Assembly (NCBI GenBank): GCA_965262725.1
Contig: OZ253555.1
Span: forward strand, 384,001 to 448,000
Origin: Dehalococcoidia bacterium
GTDB taxonomy: Bacteria > Chloroflexota > Dehalococcoidia > UBA2979
Direction of reading: 5' to 3'
Length of the DNA stretch: 64,000 bases
Below, piece after piece: positions 50,854 through 60,853 of this stretch. Made by a program: the position numbers and the translations under genes. Numbering within the stretch: the first letter of the stretch is position 1; every line of letters starts with the position of its first letter. The notes under the pieces were generated by a model, which had not been told where the DNA came from, searched no databases, and worked only from the letters and a program-made list of their open reading frames with translations.

Positions 50854-51323
50854 GCGGGAGCCTGCGGCGCCTCCACGAAGACGAGCGCGGGGCGGCGATG
50901 GTGCTGGTGGCGCTGTGGCTGGTGGCGCTGGTCACCGTCGCCGGGCTCGTCGTCGACGGCGGGATGCTGCTGGCGCAGCGCCGCGCGCTGCAGAACGTCG
51001 CCGACGCGGCGGCCGCGGCCGGCGCGATGCAGCTCGACGAGTCCCGTTACCGCGCCTCCGGCGGGTCGGAGGTCGTACTCGACCGTGCCGCGGCGCACGC
51101 GGCGGCCGCCGGCTACCTGGCGGCGGAGGACGGGCTCGCCTACACGGTGACGGCCGGCCGGGCGCGGGTTGCGGTCGATGTCGAGCGCCGGGCCCCGACC
51201 GCCTTCCTGCGCGTGATCGGCTTAGGCCACGTCAGCATCCGCGCCCGCGCCTCGGCCGAACCGCGGCACGGGGTCGTGCGGGCGGTGGGTGGTGGGGCAC
51301 CGGCCGAGGCGGCGGCGTCGTGA
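50850..51323 (+). CDS. TadG-like pilus assembly protein
   Basis: DERG/AAMVL..GLVVDGG..LQNVADAAAAAGA. Confidence 0.85.
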   Translation: MSGSLRRLHEDERGAAMVLVALWLVALVTVAGLVVDGGMLLAQRRALQNVADAAAAAGAMQLDESRYRASGGSEVVLDRAAAHAAAAGYLAAEDGLAYTVTAGRARVAVDVERRAPTAFLRVIGLGHVSIRARASAEPRHGVVRAVGGGAPAEAAAS

Positions 51324-51919
51324 CCCGGGAGAGCCGCTTCGCGGTGCTCGCCTCGGCCGTGGTCGTGGCCGCGGCGCTCGCGGCCGTGCTGCTCGCCCCG
51401 GGCGGTGGCGACGGCGAGCAGCACGCGGGGGCGCCCGCCCGGGCGGCGCCGGTGGCCACGGTGCCACCGGCACCCTCGCCAACGGTCGTGCCCACGCCCA
51501 CGCCCACGGCCACGCCGGCGCCGGCGCCGGCTCCCTCCGTCGAGGAGAAGGTCGCGGCGGCCTACCTCGCGTACTGGGACGCCTACGCCCTGGCCGCCCT
51601 CTGGCTCGACGCCTCGCTCATGGAGGGCTTCGCCTCGGGGGAGGAGCTGCGGCGGATCCGCGATGAGGTCGCGGCACTGAGGGAGAGCGGCGTGGCGCTG
51701 CGGGTCGTGGTCGAGCACGACCTGCTCGTCGTCGTGACCTCCCCCGCCTCCGCGGTGGTCGTGGACCGGATCACGAACAGGAGCTTCTACGTCGACCCCG
51801 TCAGCAGGCAGCCGCCGCGGGCGGAGGGGGGCGGCGAGATGCTCCGCGACACGGTGTTCATGGAGAAGGCAGGTGAGAGATGGATCGCAACCGGCAGTCA
51901 GCGGGAAGGCCCGCGGTGA
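51320..51919 (+). CDS. Membrane-anchored protein with Pro/Thr linker (possibly NTF2-like)
   Basis: TM helix, PTPTP linker, AAYLAYW ... GERWI. Confidence 0.7.
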   Translation: MTRESRFAVLASAVVVAAALAAVLLAPGGGDGEQHAGAPARAAPVATVPPAPSPTVVPTPTPTATPAPAPAPSVEEKVAAAYLAYWDAYALAALWLDASLMEGFASGEELRRIRDEVAALRESGVALRVVVEHDLLVVVTSPASAVVVDRITNRSFYVDPVSRQPPRAEGGGEMLRDTVFMEKAGERWIATGSQREGPR

Positions 51920-52863
51920 TGCACCCGCGCGGAGCGGCCGCCGTGCTGTACCTGTTCGCCCTCATCGTCCTGGGCCTCGCGTGGGCGGGGGCCGGCACCG
52001 CCCACGGGGAGGTCGCGCCGGTTCCCGGCGAGGACGCCCGGCCGATGCCCGACCGGCCCGAGAGCACGGTCGAGATCAGCGTGGAGTCCGGACCCGACGG
52101 CGTCACGATCTATATAGAGAGCGAGACGGTGACTCCCGGGGACCCCGGCACGCCCGGCGTACCGGGCACGCCCGGCACCCCGGGCACGCCCGGTACGCCG
52201 GGGTCGGACGACCCTCCGAGCTGCACGGCCGCGCCCGTGAACGTCGGCGACAGCAGCACCGGCTGGGTGGCGGAGGGCCTGGAGGCCAACCCCGGCACCT
52301 TCCCCTGGGCCGCGACCTGCGACAACGGCTACTTCGGGATCGCCTGGGTGCCGACGGGAGGGGGCGCGCCCGACGTCGTCCTCGGCGAGCCGCCGATCCC
52401 CCCGGTCGACCCGGAGCTGGTCCGCGCGTCGGCCTTCCGCATCGTCGGGCTGCCGCAGGTGTCGGTCGGCGTGAACCCGTCGACGGGCCTCGTCGCGATG
52501 CCGGCGTGGTTCTGGGTCCGGGGCTACTCGGGCGGGACGCTGAGCGGATCGTCGGCGCTCGACCAGTCCATGGTGGAGGTCGAGATCACCCCGACCGGCT
52601 ACCGCTGGAGCTTCGGCGACGGCGCGTCGCTGTACACGCACTCGGTCGGTCGTGCGTACCCGGCCGAAAGCGACATCCGCCACCTCTACGAGCGCTCCTC
52701 GCACGGGGCCGGCGGCGCCTTCTCCGTGCGGCTCCGGATCACCTGGAGCGCCCGCTACTCAGAGAACGGCGGCCCCTGGCTGCCGCTCGCACCGATCTCT
52801 CTCACCTACACGCGCTCCTACCCGGTGCAGCAGCTGCAATCGGTGCTGACGGCGAACCGCTAG
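51919..52863 (+). CDS. Secreted tad-associated protein with PKD-like C-terminus
   Basis: Signal peptide, PGT repeats, GLVAMPAWFWV, YRWSFGDG, HLYERSS. Confidence 0.75.
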   Translation: MHPRGAAAVLYLFALIVLGLAWAGAGTAHGEVAPVPGEDARPMPDRPESTVEISVESGPDGVTIYIESETVTPGDPGTPGVPGTPGTPGTPGTPGSDDPPSCTAAPVNVGDSSTGWVAEGLEANPGTFPWAATCDNGYFGIAWVPTGGGAPDVVLGEPPIPPVDPELVRASAFRIVGLPQVSVGVNPSTGLVAMPAWFWVRGYSGGTLSGSSALDQSMVEVEITPTGYRWSFGDGASLYTHSVGRAYPAESDIRHLYERSSHGAGGAFSVRLRITWSARYSENGGPWLPLAPISLTYTRSYPVQQLQSVLTANR

Positions 52864-52881
52864 CGGACGGGAGGGCGGCAG

Positions 52882-55800
52882 GTGGCCGGAGCGGTGAGGC
52901 GGCGGCGGAGCGGGGCGGGCCCCGGGCGGCGCGGGGACTCGGTCGGGACGCTCGGCCTGCTCGCCCTGCTCCTCGGGGGCGCGGCGCTGGGGTACGTGCT
53001 GCGGGAGCTCGCCGGCGGACCGCGGGCGCCGGACGGCGCGCACATCCGCGAGGTGCTCTCCGGCACGGAGCTCGCCGACTCCGACCTGGCCTCGGCCTCG
53101 GCTGCCCTCGCCTGGCTCGTGCTGGCGTACCTCGCGCTCAGCGTCGGGCTGAGGCTCGCGGCCCTGCTCGCGGGCCGGCTCAGCGGCGGGGCGCGGTGGG
53201 CGCGCACGGGCCTGCGCCTCAGCAACCTGGTCACGATCCCGGCCGTGCGCCGCCTCGTGGACGGGAGCGTCGGGGGCACGCTGCTCGCCGCGAGCTGGCT
53301 GCCGCTGCCCGCGCAGGTCGAGGGCGCGGGCCACGCGTATGCCGCCGCGGCGGCGGCGGCGGCGCCGCCGCCGCTCGTGGCGTGGGTGGACGCCCCGCCG
53401 CCTGCCGCCGAGGCCGCGCCCGAGGCGCCGCCGCCTCCGTGCGTCCTCTACACGGTCGCGCCCGGCGACGACCTGTGGGAGATCGCGCGGCGCTGCTACG
53501 GGGACGGCAGCCGCTTCGTCGAGATCTTCGAGGCGAGCCGCGGCCTGCAGGTGGCAGGCGGCGAACGCTTCAGCGACCCGCGGGTCATCCGCCCCGGCTG
53601 GGTGCTGCGCGTGCCGATGCCCGCGCCGAGCGTCGACGCCGAAGGCGACGTCACGACCTACCGCGTCCGACGCGGCGACCACCTCTGGGGGATCGCCGAG
53701 CGCTTCCTCGGGGACGGCTTCCGCTGGGTCGAGATCTGGGAGCGCAACAGCGGACGCGAGGTGGAAGCGGGCTCCCGGCTCACCGACCCGAACCAGATCT
53801 ACCCGGGATGGCTGCTGGAGCTGCCGCTCCGGGACGGCGCGGCGATCCTGCGGGCAGAGGCTCAGGGCCCGGCAGCACCCCCCGCGCCCCTCCCGGTGGA
53901 GAGTGCGGTCCAGCCGGACTTGGCTGACTACCTGGATGGTGCTGCTGTCGGGGCCGGCACCGCAGCATCCGAGGGCGCCGCCGAGGACGCCGATGCAGAC
54001 GCCGCGCGCGGCGGTGGCTGGGACTGGGAATGGCCGCGGCTGCCGCGAACGGTCACCTGGAGCGCCGCGGGCTTCGTGGCGATCGGCGGCACGGCCATCT
54101 TCGTGCAGCGGCTGCACCGCGCAGGCTCGCTGCGGCTCCGCTTTGGCGCGGGCCGCGGCGGGGACGGTCCGGGCGACGCCGGCCGCGTGGCGCTCGCCAC
54201 CGGGGCGCTCGCGACGGCGCTCGCGGACCTGGGCTTCGCCGGCTCGATGCCGCTGCTCGTGATCGAAGGGGGCGCGGGGCTTCAGTTCACGGTGGCGTGC
54301 CCGCCCGGCGATGCCGGCGCCCTGCTCGCGGCGCGCCACGACCTCGAGCGGCGCCTGGGCTGCGATGTCGAGGCGGCGCCGGAGGGATCCGCGCGCGTCG
54401 CGCTGACGCTGCCCGGGTCCGGGCGGCCTCCGGGCGCGCGCGCGGGGGCTCCGGACGCGCCTCCGGCGCTCGTCGTGCCGGTCGGCGCGAACGATGCGGG
54501 CGTCGTCTACCTCAACCTCGCGGCCGCGGGCAGCGTGACCGTGGCCGGCACCGCCGGGGAGCGGCGGGCGCTGCTGCGCTCGTGGGTCGCGACGCTCCAG
54601 ACGACCCGCACCCCGAACGAGCTCTCATTCCGCGTGGACGCAGACGCCGCCCGGCTGCTCGATGCGGATGCGGGTCTCCTCTACTTCGGCGCAGCCGGGG
54701 CCGGCGGCGCCGCGGACCTGGCGGAGGAGCTCGATGAGATCATCCGGAGCCGGAGCCCGGGTGACGGGGTGAGCCGGCCGCTCGTCGCCGTCTTCGACCT
54801 GGCCGGGGGCGGCGGCGACGTGCCCGCCGGGGCGGTGCGCTACGGGCCGGCGGCCGGGGTCTTCGTGATCCGCTGCCTGCCGCCGGGCGAACCCGCGGAC
54901 GGCCTCGAAGGCCCCGGAGCGCTGGTCGCCTTCGGCGCCGCGGGAGACGGAGCGGACGGGGACGCGGACCCCGTCCCGCCCGGCGCGATCGCGCTGAGGA
55001 CCGGCCGGGACGAGCCGCTGCTGCTCGAGCCGGTGCACGTGCGGCGGGATACGTCGGCCAGGTGGAGCGAGAGCGCGGACCCGGCGGAGCCGGCAGAGGT
55101 GCTCGGCCGGATGGCCGGAGATCTGCCGCCTCCCGGGGAGGCGGACGCGCGCACCTCGGCCGACGGACGACCGCGGAGCGGCGACGATCGCGGGGGCGAT
55201 GCCGCCGGTGTGGGCGCCGCCCTCGCGCACCCGGTCGTGCCCCCGGTCGTGCCCCACGACCCGCCCGGGTTCGCGGCACGCGGCGGCGGCGGGCGAGACG
55301 CCGTGACCTCTGCGCCCGTCCGACCGGGCGGCGAGCCGGATCTGGATCTGGATCTGCCCGAGCCCGTGCCCGCGGCCCCGCAGGATGCCGGGTGCGAGGA
55401 CGGTCGAGTGCGGTCGGCGGCCCCCCCGGAGCAGCCCGGCGGGGAGGTCGCGGCGCAGCCCGGCGCGGCGCCCGCGGGCGCGACCCCCTCCAGCGGATCC
55501 CCGCCGGAACACGGCCCGGCGACGACGCCGGAGCCGCAGCCGGCGGCGGCGGGCGCGGGCGCGACCCCCTCCAGCGGATCCCCGCCGGAACACGGCCCGG
55601 CGACGACGCCGGAGCCGCAGCCCGGCGCGGCGGCCGCGGGCGCGACCCCCTCCAGCGGATCCCCGCCGGAACACGGCCCGGCGACGACGCCGGAGCCGCA
55701 GCCGGCGGCGGCGGGCGCGGGCGCGACCCCCTCCAGCGGATCCCCGCCGGAACACGGCCCGGCGACGCCGCCGGAGCCGCAGCCCGGCGCGGCGGCCGCG

Positions 55801-56832
55801 GGCGCGATCCCCTCCGGCGGCTTCCCGCAGGCACACGGCCCGGCGACGCCGCCGGAGCCGCAGCCCGGCGCGGCGGCCGCGGGCGCGATCCCCTCCGGCG
55901 GCTCCCCGCAGGCACACGGCCCGGCGACGCCGCCGGAGCCGCAGCCCGGCGCGGCGGGCGCGGGCGGTGCGGGCCGGTCCGCGCCGGCGATCCGCCAGTC
56001 GGCGCTGCTCACTCACACCGACCTCTCCCCGGCGGCGGAGGATGGCCCGCCCGCCGCGCAGGCGGTCTTCACGGTGCGGTGCCTCGGCCCCTTCGAGCTG
56101 CGGTTCGGAACCACCCCCGTCGCGGGCTGGCCCGTCACGAAGTCCCGCGAGCTGCTCGCGTTCCTCGCCACGCAGGGCGGAAGGCCCGTGCCGCGCGAGT
56201 CCGTCGCCGAGGCGCTGTGGCCGGACTACCCCTGGGACGCGAGCCTCCGGCACACCATCGCGAATGCCGTGAGCAGCCTGCGGGGGGTCGTGCGGTCCGC
56301 GGCGGGCAGCGACGAGCTGCAGCCGGTCGTCACCGCCCGCCAGCGATACGAGCTCCAGACCGCCCTCTTCCGCATCGACCTCGACGAGTTCGAATCGGCG
56401 CTCAGGCGCGCGGCCGCGCTCCCCGATGTGGACGCGCTCGCGGAGTACGAGCGCGCCGCGGCGCTCTGCCGGGGAGACTTCCTTGAGGGGGAACCGTTCC
56501 CGTGGCTCGACGCCTACCGGGCCGACTACCGCCGGCGAGTGTCCGACGGGGCGAGCCGCGGCGCGGCGATCGCCGAACGGCTCGGGGAGCGGGAGCGGGC
56601 GTCGCTCCTCTACCGGGTGGTCCTGGCGCAGGAGCCGACCGACGAGGCGGCCGCGCGGGGACTGATGCGCCATCTCGCGGCGGCCCGGGACGCCAACGGG
56701 GTCCGCAAGGTCTTCAAGGTGCTGTCCGAGGCGTTGAAACGGGAGCTGGACGACCCGCTGGCGGCGCCCGGGCAGGAGACGCGGGAGCTGCTCGCCGCGC
56801 TCCTCGCCCGGGCGCCGGGAGCGGTGGTGTGA
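52882..56832 (+). CDS. TM - 2xLysM - TM - degenerate FtsK-like - tandem repeat - SARP (wHTH-BTAD) protein
   Basis: YTVAPGDDLWEIA and YRVRRGDHLWGIA..PNQIYPG; VRCLGPFEL..RELLAFL..RGDFLEG..EPTDE. Confidence 0.88.
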   Translation: MAGAVRRRRSGAGPGRRGDSVGTLGLLALLLGGAALGYVLRELAGGPRAPDGAHIREVLSGTELADSDLASASAALAWLVLAYLALSVGLRLAALLAGRLSGGARWARTGLRLSNLVTIPAVRRLVDGSVGGTLLAASWLPLPAQVEGAGHAYAAAAAAAAPPPLVAWVDAPPPAAEAAPEAPPPPCVLYTVAPGDDLWEIARRCYGDGSRFVEIFEASRGLQVAGGERFSDPRVIRPGWVLRVPMPAPSVDAEGDVTTYRVRRGDHLWGIAERFLGDGFRWVEIWERNSGREVEAGSRLTDPNQIYPGWLLELPLRDGAAILRAEAQGPAAPPAPLPVESAVQPDLADYLDGAAVGAGTAASEGAAEDADADAARGGGWDWEWPRLPRTVTWSAAGFVAIGGTAIFVQRLHRAGSLRLRFGAGRGGDGPGDAGRVALATGALATALADLGFAGSMPLLVIEGGAGLQFTVACPPGDAGALLAARHDLERRLGCDVEAAPEGSARVALTLPGSGRPPGARAGAPDAPPALVVPVGANDAGVVYLNLAAAGSVTVAGTAGERRALLRSWVATLQTTRTPNELSFRVDADAARLLDADAGLLYFGAAGAGGAADLAEELDEIIRSRSPGDGVSRPLVAVFDLAGGGGDVPAGAVRYGPAAGVFVIRCLPPGEPADGLEGPGALVAFGAAGDGADGDADPVPPGAIALRTGRDEPLLLEPVHVRRDTSARWSESADPAEPAEVLGRMAGDLPPPGEADARTSADGRPRSGDDRGGDAAGVGAALAHPVVPPVVPHDPPGFAARGGGGRDAVTSAPVRPGGEPDLDLDLPEPVPAAPQDAGCEDGRVRSAAPPEQPGGEVAAQPGAAPAGATPSSGSPPEHGPATTPEPQPAAAGAGATPSSGSPPEHGPATTPEPQPGAAAAGATPSSGSPPEHGPATTPEPQPAAAGAGATPSSGSPPEHGPATPPEPQPGAAAAGAIPSGGFPQAHGPATPPEPQPGAAAAGAIPSGGSPQAHGPATPPEPQPGAAGAGGAGRSAPAIRQSALLTHTDLSPAAEDGPPAAQAVFTVRCLGPFELRFGTTPVAGWPVTKSRELLAFLATQGGRPVPRESVAEALWPDYPWDASLRHTIANAVSSLRGVVRSAAGSDELQPVVTARQRYELQTALFRIDLDEFESALRRAAALPDVDALAEYERAAALCRGDFLEGEPFPWLDAYRADYRRRVSDGASRGAAIAERLGERERASLLYRVVLAQEPTDEAAARGLMRHLAAARDANGVRKVFKVLSEALKRELDDPLAAPGQETRELLAALLARAPGAVV
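55477..55962 (+). repeat. Intragenic tandem repeat, 6 x 81 bp (27 aa)
   Basis: Units start at 55477, 55558, 55639, 55720, 55801, 55882. Confidence 0.92.
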
Positions 56833-57386
56833 CGGGGCGTATCGCCGGCGTGCGGCGCGCGTGGCTGGTGAGGGCCCGGGAGCCGCGGGCAGCGTACCCG
56901 GCGCTCGCGGGAGCGGCTCTCGTGGTCGGGGCGGTCCTCGCGCTGCGCGGGCGGGAGCCGGCGGAGATCGTCCTGGGTTCGGGCTTCGGTGCCTGCTTCC
57001 TGGCGCTGGCCTGGTCGGACCTCCGGCGCCGCGTCCTCCCGAACCGGCTCGTCTACCCGGCGCTGGTCCTGGCGATCGCCGTCTCCGGCGCCTGGCCCGA
57101 CCGCGGGGTGGTCGAGGCGCTCACCGGCGGGCTCGGCGCGCTCGTCGTCGCGATCGCCATCCGCGGACTGAGCGGGGGCGGCCTCGGCGGCGGGGACGTG
57201 AAGATGGTTGCGCTTGTTGGGGCGGTCGTGGGCTACCCGGGCGTGCTGTCGGCCGGATTCTGGGCCGCGCTCGCGGGAGGCGTGACGGCCGCGGTGCTGC
57301 TGGTCACGCGGCGAGCCGGACGCGGTGACCGCGTGCCCTACGGGCCGTTCATCGCGCTCGGCGCGGTTGCGGCGCTGCTGGGCTGA
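56829..57386 (+). CDS. Prepilin peptidase (A24, CpaA/TadV-like)
   Basis: SDLRRRVLPN, GLGGGDVK, VPYGPF. Confidence 0.9.
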   Translation: MTGRIAGVRRAWLVRAREPRAAYPALAGAALVVGAVLALRGREPAEIVLGSGFGACFLALAWSDLRRRVLPNRLVYPALVLAIAVSGAWPDRGVVEALTGGLGALVVAIAIRGLSGGGLGGGDVKMVALVGAVVGYPGVLSAGFWAALAGGVTAAVLLVTRRAGRGDRVPYGPFIALGAVAALLG

Positions 57387-57672
57387 TGGTGCCCGTAGGC
57401 ATCAGCGAACGGTCGCGGAGATGGTGTGACCCACCCCGACTTGCCTCTCTGCATGGCCACGCGGATCGGAGTCGGGTCGGATGGGCGCGAAGTCGTTCGA
57501 GCCTTGTGTGGTGGGCCTGAGCGTACTGTACTGCGAACTTTTCGGTGGGAATTTCTGATATAGGGAGCAGGTCGAAAGACGCCGCTTAGGCCCCACGAGC
57601 CTCCGGCCCGCTAGGGTGGAGGCTCTTCTATCCCCATCGCGGGCGGCGCCGCCGCACCCCACCCGGCGGGCA

Positions 57673-57925
57673 CTACTCGGGCTTGGCCGGATTGCTGGAG
57701 TCGATGTCCGAGCATCCGTCACTATTGCAGGCGACCACCCAGTAGTTATTTTTGTTCGCATCCGGGTTTGTGTGCACGTATGTCGTTCCAACTACGTTCG
57801 TAGCCAGCTCTTCGCAGAGGAGCACCCGATCCTTCGCAATTGAGAGTATACAAGAATCGTGGAAAGCGGAATAGTATACGTTGTAGTAGTCCGCGCCATC
57901 CACCGCGTCCCAACTGACGCGTATC
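57673..57925 (-). pseudogene. Fibronectin type III-like domain remnant
   Basis: VSWDAVDGADYYNVYY..YWVVACNSDGCS; lower GC. Confidence 0.65.
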
Positions 57926-57949
57926 GCCGAATTCTCCCGGGTCCACCGC

Positions 57950-58061
57950 TCATTCGCGTCTTGCCCGCGCCGTTACGGCCGATCAGCAGGGCGAAGTCCG
58001 GGAGGTCCACGGTCGTGAGCGTCTCAATGGCCTGGTATGACTGAGGAAGGTCGATTCTCAT
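57950..58061 (-). pseudogene. AAA/ABC ATPase N-terminal fragment
   Basis: FALLIGRNGAGKT, then abrupt loss of similarity. Confidence 0.6.
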
Positions 58062-58063
58062 GC

Positions 58064-58432
58064 TCAGCGGGCCTCGATGACGACGCGTCCGCCGCTCTCT
58101 ACTTCCACATGAAGGTCGTAACCGGCGAGCAGCCGCATACCAACGAGTGGCGTGGTCTCGGCGGCGTCCACCTCGACATTTCTGGCCTGACCATCCCAGC
58201 CAACAGTGACCATGTGGATGTCGAAGCTGACTGCGCTGCCGTCGGCTAAGGTCGCCTCGCCGCTGGTGACGAAGGGGAGGCCGAGTTCGCCCACAAGCAC
58301 GGGCGGCAGCGTCAGGAACCCGTTATAGCCCGTGTCGACCACGGCTTCGATTTCGCGTGCGTGACCCTCCGGGCCTTGTACGGTGAGGATCAGTGCTGCC
58401 TCGTAGGCAGCATTCACCGTGCCCTCGATCAC
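58064..58432 (-). CDS. Clan AA (retropepsin-like) aspartic protease
   Basis: AVVDTGYNGFLTLP, LADGS, LVGM. Confidence 0.9.
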   Translation of the reverse strand: MIEGTVNAAYEAALILTVQGPEGHAREIEAVVDTGYNGFLTLPPVLVGELGLPFVTSGEATLADGSAVSFDIHMVTVGWDGQARNVEVDAAETTPLVGMRLLAGYDLHVEVESGGRVVIEAR

Positions 58433-58698
58433 TCAACTCTCCGCAGGGGCCGACCCCCAAAATGACGCAGCGCCCGGTGACCTACCCGGACGCTCCACAC
58501 GTCGACAACGTCGGGGTACCTCGACCGGAGATCGCTGGCGGCCGCGAGTAGATCCTCTGCGACGGCCCAGCAGCCGCTGTTGACGTCGATGGCGACATAC
58601 TCGCCGTCGTGGTCGACCTCGACCTGGGCGCGGATGTCGCGCTCGTAGATGGCCTCTCCCAGTCGGGCGGTCTCCTCGGTGGGTCGGCGTACGGTCAT
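58429..58698 (-). CDS. Small partner protein of the aspartic protease (DUF5678-like)
   Basis: GEAIYE..GEYVAIDV.SG..RVG; translationally coupled. Confidence 0.7.
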   Translation of the reverse strand: MTVRRPTEETARLGEAIYERDIRAQVEVDHDGEYVAIDVNSGCWAVAEDLLAAASDLRSRYPDVVDVWSVRVGHRALRHFGGRPLRRVE

Positions 58699-58989
58699 GG
58701 CGCTCTCCCGCAAGCGGAGCGGTGTCACAATGAGGATAGCGCCCCGAGCAATCCCATCCAACGCCGGTGTGACGCACCGCCCCGGGGTCTCGCGTCGCTA
58801 GGCGGTGGTGCTCAGGCACGACGAAAGCCCGCACACATGGCCGGGTAGGAGGCACCGCCCCAATCAGCGATGCTCCCGCGTCCGCCTAGCGGGCCGCTCC
58901 TGCGAGCGCCGCCGGTCTGCTCACATTCGAGCGCCCACTCGAAGGGAGAGCGTGGGCGTCGCGCCGTTTCCGGCGCTCGGGTCGGGCGA

Positions 58990-59312
58990 ATCCCCGGCCA
59001 TGAACTCGGGCCACGAGAACAGCGCCCGCTACCTCTCCCCGCCTTCGTCGCGGCAATCGTCCGCGCGGGCGATCAACCGCAACGAGCGGCTCGGGCGAGG
59101 CCCAGCCCTCATCGACCAACAGCCCCTCCGGCCCCGGCCGCAACCTGCCGGGGCTGGGGAAGACCGGCTCGACCGAGTCCCCCTCTTCGTCGCCCGCCGA
59201 CGATCTCTCGGGCGAGCGCGAGCATCACGTCGTCGCCGTCGTCGCCGTCGTCTCCGGAGACGGCAAGCCCGTCTGCCGGCACCTCACCCTCGACCGCGAG
59301 GGCACTCTGCAA
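58990..59312 (-). pseudogene. C-terminal remnant of a larger element gene; paralogous remnant at 62460-62605
   Basis: QSALAVEGE..DGDDVMLALAREIV..LFSWPEFM vs GDEGDDLMLALAGKIV..LFSWAEFM. Confidence 0.55.
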
Positions 59313-59357
59313 GCGCGCGGGACGCGATGGGCGAGCTGACGTAGGGAAAGACGATGC

Positions 59358-60853
59358 TCAACCGAACGCGCGAACCGGGGGTCCGCCCGCGGGAGCGGGC
59401 CAGGCGTGCCCGAGCGGGCCCTCCCGTTCGATGAGGGCGCGGTGCGAGACCCGCAGGGGCAGCTCGACGCGGGCGCGGGCGATCTCCTTGCGCGCGACGC
59501 GCAGGAAGTGGTCCGCCGCGATCTCATCCTCGAAGACCACGAGCACGGCCGGGCGCGCGCCGTGGTCGTCGGTGGGGCGGTGGGAGGCGTAGTAGCGCAG
59601 GTAGGGGGCGAGGCGGGCGGCCATCGTGGAGGGCCTGACGGCGCGGCGCTCCCACTCGAGGAAGAACGCCCACGGCTTCCCCTCGCGGCGCAGGACGCCG
59701 AAGGCGTCGGGGTGGACGGAGTGCAGGACGCCGCCGTGGCGGAAGTAGCGTGACGCGCGGTGCGGCGGGTCGAGCTGCGCCACCTCCCAGCCCTCGTTTC
59801 GCGCCTGCCGGGTCAGCGCCGCCACGAAGCCGTGCACGGCGGCGCTGTGGTCGATGGTGCGCAGGAGCTGGCGGCTGCGCCTGCCGGCGACGTTGCGCCA
59901 GCTGAGCGGCGCCTCCGGGTCGAGCGGCCGGGCGCTCCAGCGCCGCAGGGCGAGGTTGGCGGCGGAGCGGTCGCGGCGCGCAAGCAACGCCAGCCCGCGG
60001 TCCTGCAGGACGAGCCGGCCCGCGACGCGAGCGACGAGCGACGCCTCCTGGAGCGGATGCAGGAGCTGCGAGACCTGCCGGGCGGAGACGCCCAGCAGCG
60101 CCCGCAGGTCGCAAGCGGCTCCTCCTCCGGCCACGCGCCCCGCCGCGCGACGTGCGCGAGGACTTCCCGGAGCGAGAGGAGCGGCGAGCCGGAGGCCGTG
60201 CGCCAGATGCGGGCGCTGGTCCCGGACGTGGCCGCATCGCCCTCCAGCGCGAGGAAGGCGGGTACGGACGCCTGGGCCATCAGCCGCGCCGTGTGGCGCA
60301 GCCGCACCGCGTCGGGGACGAGCAGCAGGCAGGCGCCCGGGCGCGGCCCCTCGCGCAGCCGCCAGAGGCGCTTGGCGAAGGAGGTGCGGTCGGCGGTCTG
60401 CCCCTCCCTGACCACGAACAGCCTCCGCCCGCCGGGGAGCGCGAGCGCGGCGTCCATCGGCATCGCCCGGTACCAGCGGAAGCGCAGCGGCCAGGCGGCG
60501 TCGGTGATCGCCGCGGCGAGCCGGTAGATGGAGGCCACGCCTTCGAGGCGCTCCAGCAGGAGCCGCCGCCAGTGCGCCGTGAGCGGCCGCGAGCGCAGCA
60601 GCTCGCCCAGGCCGGCGCCCTCCTCGGCGGCGAGGCGGCGCAGCCCGGCCGTCGTGAGCTGGTAGCGCTGCGTGGACGCGAGCAGCTCCGATGCGTGGGC
60701 GTGGGGGAGGGGGGCGACGAGCCCCGCAGCCTCCAGCGCCGCGCAGGCCGCGTAGACCGCCCCCCGCGACCAGCCGGAGAGGGCGGCCGCCTCCAGCCGG
60801 TCGAGGAAGGGCATCTCCCCGAGCAGCCGCAGCAGGTCGCGCTCGGCCGTCAC
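59358..60853 (-). pseudogene. Replication-relaxation-family (wHTH plus PD-(D/E)XK) relaxase-like gene, frameshift near 60110
   Basis: DHSAAV..VHPDAFG..FFLEWER..YLRYY; lies downstream of the coupling protein. Confidence 0.75.

Noticed and set aside
55477-55962. Possible CRISPR array
   Set aside because: Contiguous in-frame 81-bp units with no unique spacers, inside a CDS; no cas genes in the window.
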